Of a stretch of 64,000 nt of DNA, positions 58,003-64,000 are shown piece by piece. The stretch's first letter is position 1. The number at the start of each line of letters is the position of its first letter. A program made the translations under genes and the position numbers. The DNA comes from Candidatus Heimdallarchaeota archaeon (GTDB lineage Archaea > Asgardarchaeota > Heimdallarchaeia > Hodarchaeales > Hodarchaeaceae): the NCBI GenBank assembly GCA_011364965.1, contig RDOB01000002.1:403317-467316 (forward strand), in the 5' to 3' direction. The notes below the pieces were generated by a model that did not search any database, was not told the origin of the DNA, and was given only the letters and a program-made list of their open reading frames with translations.

Positions 58003-58944
58003 TTACTTTCTAAGGTTAGATCTTTGATTTTTACGTAGTCGTTTTTGGTAGAGACATAACGTTATAGTTAACGTTATCAGAAAAGTCGATAATAAAAATC
58101 CAGGTGTTCGACGGGCAGGAGGAGAAGAAGTGGTGGTTGTACTGGTCGGCGCAATACTAACTTCGCTAGAATTTGAAGTGGCCGTAAACCTATAGAAAAC
58201 ATTAGCCCAGGATCCAGCGTCATTTTCAGCGTAGAGTCTTAGATCATGGATCGAATCATCAGCAGGAAGAGTGATATCATAGGGAGCATCAAGAGTCTCA
58301 TTAACTAGTGCATTATCCCAATTATACAATACTTGAGATATAAGTGCATTAGGATCTTCAATTGAGAAATCGATTGTCGATCCACCGAGGATGATTGAAT
58401 TATTTGTAGGATAATTAAGTGTGACAATAGGTGGTGGGATACCTACTCTAAAGATAAATACTCCTGAAACCCAATTGTTTGAATAATCTTCTGCATAAAG
58501 GTATAAAGTATGTAAACCATTAGTTTCTGGTAATGTAAATTCATAGATATCGATCTCACTTTTCAGGTCGTGGACTTCAAGACTGCTGTTAGACGAGGCT
58601 GTATCCCATGAATAAAGAATTTGTAACATTTCATACATAAAATTGTCATCAGTAATCTTTATGGAGATAATTGTTCCTCCAAGATTAATTGAGTATTGTT
58701 CAGGGGAGATTAGTGTTAATAGAGGAGGGGTAGAATCCGTATGATCGCAACAAGCATCTTCAACTCTATATTCATATAGAATTATTACTTCTGAATTGTG
58801 AATATTATTCATATTCTCTTTTGCATCATTATGATTCGCTTTCAGTAATAAAGTTGTATTTGTTAAAAATATGCTACCAACCAAAAATATGGAAAAAAGA
58901 ATTATTGAGATTAAAAGAGATGTTCGGGTAATTTTTTGTAACAA
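58003..58944 (-). CDS. Secreted/surface protein with two tandem ~95-aa beta-rich repeats and a PGF-CTERM-type tail
   Basis: N-terminal helix LLISIILFSIFLVGSIFL. Repeats begin at PPLLTLISPEQYSINLGGTIISIKITDDN and at PPPIVTLNYPTNNSIILGGSTIDFSIEDPN. C-terminal TSTTTTSSPPARRTPGFLLSTFLITLTITLCLYQKRLRK. Confidence 0.6.
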   Translation of the reverse strand: MLQKITRTSLLISIILFSIFLVGSIFLTNTTLLLKANHNDAKENMNNIHNSEVIILYEYRVEDACCDHTDSTPPLLTLISPEQYSINLGGTIISIKITDDNFMYEMLQILYSWDTASSNSSLEVHDLKSEIDIYEFTLPETNGLHTLYLYAEDYSNNWVSGVFIFRVGIPPPIVTLNYPTNNSIILGGSTIDFSIEDPNALISQVLYNWDNALVNETLDAPYDITLPADDSIHDLRLYAENDAGSWANVFYRFTATSNSSEVSIAPTSTTTTSSPPARRTPGFLLSTFLITLTITLCLYQKRLRKNQRSNLRK

Positions 58945-59440
58945 ATCTTGCTCACCTTTTTCGGAATTCTTAGAATAGATAGTAAAATTCTATTGAATTG
59001 AAAAATATTCTTTATATATACATTTGGGTGTCCAAGAATAGAGTAAGAATTTTAATAGCAAGTAATAAAAAAGTAAGGATTTTTTGTTTAGCAATTAATA
59101 GGATATTTTTTTATTAAATACAAAAATACTGGCGTATAACTATCATTAGGAAAAAACTATAACATAAGGAGATTTAGTCTCCTTAGAGCCTAGATAAGCA
59201 TAATTGATCTAAGTTTTAAAGGTAAGATATATTTTTAATTCTTCTTCTATTACCTTACTTTTTAGTTAGTTGCTTCCTAAATAGATATTTAACTCCAGAT
59301 CAACCAAATATATATAAAACATTCATACCTGATGTTGTAGCATTCTTCTTAGAAAAAATTTACGAAATTAATATTAAATAAACGAGTAAAAAAGAAACCT
59401 GAGCTTTTTGATATATAATATAACTAAAGGATGGTTTAGT

Positions 59441-60172
59441 ATGAATTTCATAGGTGGATTTAAAAAAAGTAAGATCAGTATAAAAATTCTATATATTTTA
59501 ATCGGTGCTGCTATAGCAATTGGTATTGTAAGCGGAATTGGAAGTACCTGTACTACATTCGATCCTATTTGGTGGAGAAATCCATCATTTTCAATTATTG
59601 GAGATTTACAAATTATCTTCATTATAGCTTATATTGCCACTTGGTTTACAGCAATTTTATGGATAGTTTTAATTTGGGCTTTATCAGGTGGGAAAGATTG
59701 GTTTTACAAGATAGCTCTCTCAAATAGCGTTATTGGAATCTTGGGCGGCGCAATTCCTGTGGGAATCCTATTATACGAATATTGGGCAAGTTATGGCAAT
59801 TCTGGCATGAGATTTACTCCTTCATGGTTTCGAACTATAATAAATTTGGTTTTATTTATTGTCCTTGTGATTCCAAAAATACGAACTGAAATCCAAAATA
59901 CCATCAAAAGTAATAGTTCAGCTATAGGAGGTTCTTCAGATTTAGGAACAGGATTAGCCCAATTGGCGTTTATTTTATTTGGTTTTGGAGTTGTTATGAT
60001 ACTACAGCCATTCATCATGCCTGCAACACATATCATTGATGGAGTAAACGTAGGATATGACTTTGAAGCGCTTCAATTCTATTGTGGTTTATTTTCTATT
60101 GTCCTTGGATTAATAACCCGGATCTCAGAACGCATTTATTCAAAAATTCAGTCTAGCAGAGTTATCTACTAA
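59441..60172 (+). CDS. Hypothetical polytopic membrane protein (about 6 TM helices)
   Basis: Hydrophobic helices throughout. ATG 59441 (MNFIGG) is preferred over the track's TTG at 59408. First gene of a tightly spaced three-gene unit. Confidence 0.5.
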   Translation: MNFIGGFKKSKISIKILYILIGAAIAIGIVSGIGSTCTTFDPIWWRNPSFSIIGDLQIIFIIAYIATWFTAILWIVLIWALSGGKDWFYKIALSNSVIGILGGAIPVGILLYEYWASYGNSGMRFTPSWFRTIINLVLFIVLVIPKIRTEIQNTIKSNSSAIGGSSDLGTGLAQLAFILFGFGVVMILQPFIMPATHIIDGVNVGYDFEALQFYCGLFSIVLGLITRISERIYSKIQSSRVIY

Positions 60173-60187
60173 ATAAGAGGTATAATT

Positions 60188-61822
60188 ATGAATTCAATCG
60201 AGATGAATGTAACTAAAGATGGTAAATGGAATTGGTTGAAATATAAGCTATTCTATGGCGGAACTTTCAAAGGAATGATCACCTTCACTATTGTATATTT
60301 ATTTGTGATCACCCTCTTTCTTTCAACTTTTTCTAAACCAGTCGTGGACCTTCTTGGAGCACCATTACTACCATTTTACTTTAGTGGCTCTACTGAAGAT
60401 TTAATGGCGTTTTCTGCCCGTGTTGTGCTATTGTATCATGCAATAACGGTGCCTTTCCTTGCAATTTGTACATACTTTGTATTAGAGTACTGCGATGTCC
60501 GAGAAAAATTAAAATCCCGAATTAAATGGCCATTATTTTTCGGAAGTCTTTTAGCATCAGGAGCTGGAATGTTATATGCTTACTTTTTCACTGAAGCTTG
60601 GATAATACACGGTTTATACCTAGTAGGATTATCACTCTGTTTTTATGCAGGTGTTATCCTCCTTATTGCTGTCTTTCCGTCCAAAAATTTTCCTAAGAAT
60701 TGGACTAAACAAGAAAATAAAAATAATATTTTATTTGAGCAATTAGCTTTAGTAACGATAACTATTTGTATCTTAGTGACAGTATTTCTTGGAGCAGCAA
60801 TCGGAGCTTATTTTGGCGTTGATGAGATGTCTGCATTCTTAGCAGAATATTTCCTTCGAGATCCTATAACAGAGCTTCCTTATCCCTATTTGGTCGCAGA
60901 TCTCTTTGTAGATGGGATTAAAGGCCACTTACATGCAATGTTGGGTCAAATCGATGTTGTCATCCTCCTTGTGGTATTCAGATATACAATGGGTGATATG
61001 CCTAAAGGAAAATGGCATCTGCTAGCTATGATTCTAGCGATTCCTGGGGCTTTTTTTATGTCATTGGGTTGTTGGTTTGTTACCTTCAAATCTGTCGTTC
61101 CAATAGTCACATTTGGAATTTTACAGGAATGGCCATTTGATATGCACTACTTAATCTATGTCGGAGCAGCAATTCTCGTCACTGTAGGCGCGATGTTGGC
61201 CCTTATGGGTTGGAATAAAATCGCTAGGAAAGAACTGGGTGATGCTTATGAATCAGCTACTTGGGGTACCCGTATAAAAGTAATATTCAAAGATCCTGTT
61301 AAATTTACTCTCTATTTCCTATTCTTATGGGTAAATATCGTGATGACATTTAGTGGTATCTTCCTAGCATTAAGTCTATATGATGAATCTGTGCTAGCTA
61401 GAGTTCTTCCATTTTTGTCGTTCCGATCGGGTCCTCTTGCAGTTGAAACTACTGTTGCTCGTGGTCACTGGCACATTTTAGGAGCTTTATCAGCTGTTAT
61501 ATTATTCTTACTCTTCGTTGATATTCTTCGTATAGAAGGTAAGACACGTAAGGTAATGGGATGGCTAATGCTGGCAGGAAGTATTTTCGCTTTCCTTTCT
61601 GGAATGCTTTATCTCTATGTTCCCCACCTTGATCAGAATTGGGCAAATAATCACGAGTTGTACGTTGACGTGCAGGAATTCTGGCAAGTGAATGCTCCAT
61701 GGCTACCCCTCCTTTTAGATTTTGGAATACTTCTTATTGGCATAGCACTTGTCATCTTCTGCTTCTATGAATTGATTCAAATCATCAACGGAAGACGAGA
61801 TATCCATGCATTTCCCGAATGA
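60188..61822 (+). CDS. Hypothetical 12-TM membrane protein with conserved-looking histidine pairs
   Basis: About 12 predicted helices. His84 is in TM2, H247-x-H249 at the start of TM6, H277 in TM7, and H427-x-H429 at the start of TM10. The stop overlaps the ATG of the heme O synthase gene (ATGA). Confidence 0.6.
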   Translation: MNSIEMNVTKDGKWNWLKYKLFYGGTFKGMITFTIVYLFVITLFLSTFSKPVVDLLGAPLLPFYFSGSTEDLMAFSARVVLLYHAITVPFLAICTYFVLEYCDVREKLKSRIKWPLFFGSLLASGAGMLYAYFFTEAWIIHGLYLVGLSLCFYAGVILLIAVFPSKNFPKNWTKQENKNNILFEQLALVTITICILVTVFLGAAIGAYFGVDEMSAFLAEYFLRDPITELPYPYLVADLFVDGIKGHLHAMLGQIDVVILLVVFRYTMGDMPKGKWHLLAMILAIPGAFFMSLGCWFVTFKSVVPIVTFGILQEWPFDMHYLIYVGAAILVTVGAMLALMGWNKIARKELGDAYESATWGTRIKVIFKDPVKFTLYFLFLWVNIVMTFSGIFLALSLYDESVLARVLPFLSFRSGPLAVETTVARGHWHILGALSAVILFLLFVDILRIEGKTRKVMGWLMLAGSIFAFLSGMLYLYVPHLDQNWANNHELYVDVQEFWQVNAPWLPLLLDFGILLIGIALVIFCFYELIQIINGRRDIHAFPE

Positions 61823-62784
61823 TTAATAAAATCGTAAAGGATGCCGAAATGACAACAATTAATGGGGATAATGCAAATAACAAAAGATCCCCTTTTCTTT
61901 TTTTATCTTTTCAAATGTATTTGCATTTGATAAAGGCTAAACAAACAATTTTATTAGTCTATACAACAGTTTTTGCATATCTGATAACTGCTTTACAATT
62001 CACATTCGATATTTTTACATTTTTATGGGTTTTTATCTCCGTTACATTAGCTGTATCGGGGAGTACCTTGTTTAATATGTATATTGATCGTGATATTGAT
62101 GCTATTATGGAAAGAACACAAAATCGACCTCTTCCCAGTGGAAAAATTGCTCCATCCACAGTTCTAAAGCATGGTTTCTTTTTTATTGGAGCAGGTCTTA
62201 TATTCTCTTTGTTGTATCTTAATATTTTGACAACATTTGTGATTTTTCTAGGATTTTTTTTTGATGTTATTATCTATTCCCTAATTCTCAAAAGAAGAAC
62301 CAAATATTCCATAATATTTGGAGGTATTGCTGGAGGTTTACCTGCGTTAGCTGGAAGGACAGCTGTTATAAATAGTGTTGATTTAATTGGTATTTTGCTC
62401 GGGTTATTTGTAGTAGCATGGATTCCATTACACATTCTCACTTTAGCTCTTCTACCAATAAATTTGAGAGATTATACAAAAGCAAAAATACCAATGTGGC
62501 CTGTTGCAAGTGGTGAAAGACAAACAATCCGAATAATTACTTTATCAGCAATCATTTCAGCCATTTTAACCATTATTACTGGATTTTTATTAGAGATTGA
62601 ATTAATATGGTTAATTCCATTACTTTTTTTTGGTTCATATATTCTAGCTATTGCTCTAAGAAATCTTTCATCGCCTACTACTCCTAGAACATTTAAACTC
62701 TTTAAAGCAGCATCAATTTATATGGCTCTTACGTTTGTCTTATTATTTATTGGCTTACTAATAACCATTGCTCCATATAGATAA
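61819..62784 (+). CDS. ctaB: Protoheme IX farnesyltransferase (heme O synthase), UbiA family
   Basis: FNMYIDRDIDAIMERTQNRPLPSG (NxxxDxxxD plus RT.NRPL.G). Eight to nine TM helices. Confidence 0.85.
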   Translation: MINKIVKDAEMTTINGDNANNKRSPFLFLSFQMYLHLIKAKQTILLVYTTVFAYLITALQFTFDIFTFLWVFISVTLAVSGSTLFNMYIDRDIDAIMERTQNRPLPSGKIAPSTVLKHGFFFIGAGLIFSLLYLNILTTFVIFLGFFFDVIIYSLILKRRTKYSIIFGGIAGGLPALAGRTAVINSVDLIGILLGLFVVAWIPLHILTLALLPINLRDYTKAKIPMWPVASGERQTIRIITLSAIISAILTIITGFLLEIELIWLIPLLFFGSYILAIALRNLSSPTTPRTFKLFKAASIYMALTFVLLFIGLLITIAPYR

Positions 62785-62910
62785 CTACCAATTTAAATTT
62801 ACATATTATAATATTAGATAATATTAATTGGATAAGCGATTGGAAAAGCATATCCTACAATATATTTTTCGTTTTTCCACGAAAGAGAATGACATTAGAG
62901 ACCAAAAAGG

Positions 62911-63423
62911 TCAAGATATGACAATAAATCTTACGTCATATTTTCTTTCTTCAATTGTTAGAAGAACTATCGTATTCTCTTTAGAAAATTTTTTATCAGT
63001 AGGAGATCCAGGATTGATTATTTGAATTTTTTGTTTTTCTCCAACACGAAATGCCTCTGGTTTATGAGTATGTCCACAGATTATAATATCTAGATTCTTA
63101 AAATTTTTAAAGATGTTTAATATTCTATCATAGAATCCCTCTGGACCTCCATAACCGTGAGTAATCCCAATTGTTAATTCTTCAACACGAAGAGTATCAA
63201 TTGCGGGATATTTAGAGCGAACATCTGAATTACACATATTTCCATGTACAGCTCTGACTGGCGCGATTTCCTGCAGGTCATTGATAAAAGATAAATCCTC
63301 AAAATCCCCTGCATGTATAATCAATGAAACATGTGCATCTTTGAATGTTGAAATAACTTCGGATGGCAATAAGCTTCCTGTTCTAGGAATGTGTGTATCT
63401 GATAATATACCAATGGTTTGCAT
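62911..63423 (-). CDS. YfcE/MJ0936-family metallophosphoesterase
   Basis: IGILSDTHIP, IHAGDF, GNMC and ICGHTHK. ATG 63423 (MQTIGILSDTH) is preferred over the track's start at 63456. Confidence 0.8.
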   Translation of the reverse strand: MQTIGILSDTHIPRTGSLLPSEVISTFKDAHVSLIIHAGDFEDLSFINDLQEIAPVRAVHGNMCNSDVRSKYPAIDTLRVEELTIGITHGYGGPEGFYDRILNIFKNFKNLDIIICGHTHKPEAFRVGEKQKIQIINPGSPTDKKFSKENTIVLLTIEERKYDVRFIVIS

Positions 63424-63442
63424 TTGATAGAATCCTCGTTTT

Positions 63443-64000
63443 TTATCCGAATACAAGCGATTTTATAACAACTGGAAAAACTCGATCTTCTACAATTGGT
63501 TCCCCAATATCGATAAAATCTCCTTCTTTAAGCGAGATTTCATCAATTGATATAACATTATTTGTAATTCCTGTTTCTCTTATCAAAACATTTCCAACAC
63601 TATTACCACAATCTGTATCGAACACTAATATTATTGTTTTATTCTTAGCAATGGTTTTTGGTAAAGCGGATACAATACCTTTGCCAAAGATCGCTAATTT
63701 ATCATAAACCGTCCGTACTGGATCATGGAATGCTAATGCAATAGTTTCATCGCCCTCAGTTATATCTAATCTTTGTAGACTGCTGATAATTTGTGTCTTA
63801 ACATACTCAATTGATAAAGCTTCTCTATCGATTTGTGGGGTTACAATAGGCAGATTCCTGATGGGAAAAATTGATCTAGGTATCTTTTTTGACATAAAGG
63901 TAGTAGATCCTGAAACCTGCAAGGTATACTCACTTGCACCAATTACAGTTGCGCGGATTTTTTCTGGAGCTTCGATCAATGAGTAATTAGATTCAAACAT
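63443..64000 (-). CDS. C-terminal part of an EutA-like (reactivase / ASKHA ATPase family) protein. Probably truncated by the window edge.
   Basis: IRATVIGASEYTLQVSGSTTF and the C-terminal EGDFIDIGEPIVEDRVFPVVIKSLVFG resemble EutA-family sequences as I recall them. The ORF reaches position 64000. Confidence 0.45.
   Translation of the reverse strand: MFESNYSLIEAPEKIRATVIGASEYTLQVSGSTTFMSKKIPRSIFPIRNLPIVTPQIDREALSIEYVKTQIISSLQRLDITEGDETIALAFHDPVRTVYDKLAIFGKGIVSALPKTIAKNKTIILVFDTDCGNSVGNVLIRETGITNNVISIDEISLKEGDFIDIGEPIVEDRVFPVVIKSLVFG

Noticed and set aside
59374-63707. Track ORFs 59374..59622(-), 59791..60036(-), 61497..61700(-), 61959..62159(-), 62828..63025(+) and 63393..63707(+)
   Set aside because: They are antisense to or overlap membrane-protein, ctaB, phosphoesterase and EutA-like genes, all of which have better support.
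1-64000. Search for rRNA, tRNA, CRISPR arrays and IS elements
   Set aside because: No GC-rich cloverleaf-like segments appear in any intergenic region. There are no regularly spaced direct repeats and no transposase-like ORFs. The longer intergenic regions (21866-22351, 25268-25757, 58945-59440) are plain AT-rich spacers.

Overview
Visibly AT-rich prokaryotic chromosome segment, densely coding. It is most likely archaeal. The evidence is PGF-CTERM-type sorting tails on surface proteins, a geranylgeranyl-reductase family gene, a variant CcmE with a CXXXY motif, and oligo-T tracts after genes. A finer lineage cannot be assigned from the sequence alone. I found no rRNA, tRNA, CRISPR array, transposase or integrase. 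Main content, in order:

- **0.4-4 kb:** housekeeping and metabolic genes, including an ADP-forming acyl-CoA synthetase alpha-type protein, a histidine phosphatase and GNAT acetyltransferases.
- **5.2-13.5 kb:** a co-directional block with three DNA methyltransferase genes. One is a gamma-class NPPF enzyme and two are diverged DUF1156-type Zn-ribbon methylases. A PhoU-like/PiT phosphate-transporter pair sits between the two DUF1156 genes, and no nuclease is recognisable.
- **13.5-25 kb:** a YhhQ-like transporter with an unlisted RHH gene, several orphan proteins, an EndoIII-like gene, YbaK, a geranylgeranyl reductase and UvrA.
- **25.8-33.9 kb:** a 1421-aa modular surface protein followed by two ABC exporter half-transporters.
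- **37-47 kb:** a catabolic cluster with two SDRs, an SCP2-like protein, DUF1116, FdrA and an acyl-CoA dehydrogenase. It is divergent from a two-subunit molybdenum hydroxylase.
- **48-63 kb:** a heme/respiratory island. It holds an HxlR regulator, a surface-tethered seven-heme c-type cytochrome, a variant System I ccm cluster (ccmF-E-C-(D)-A-B), and a 6-TM / 12-TM / heme O synthase operon.

The best candidates for undescribed biology are the nuclease-less triple-methyltransferase block and the 12-TM histidine-patterned protein translationally coupled to heme O synthase. All family calls rest on motif recognition by eye. No database search was run.
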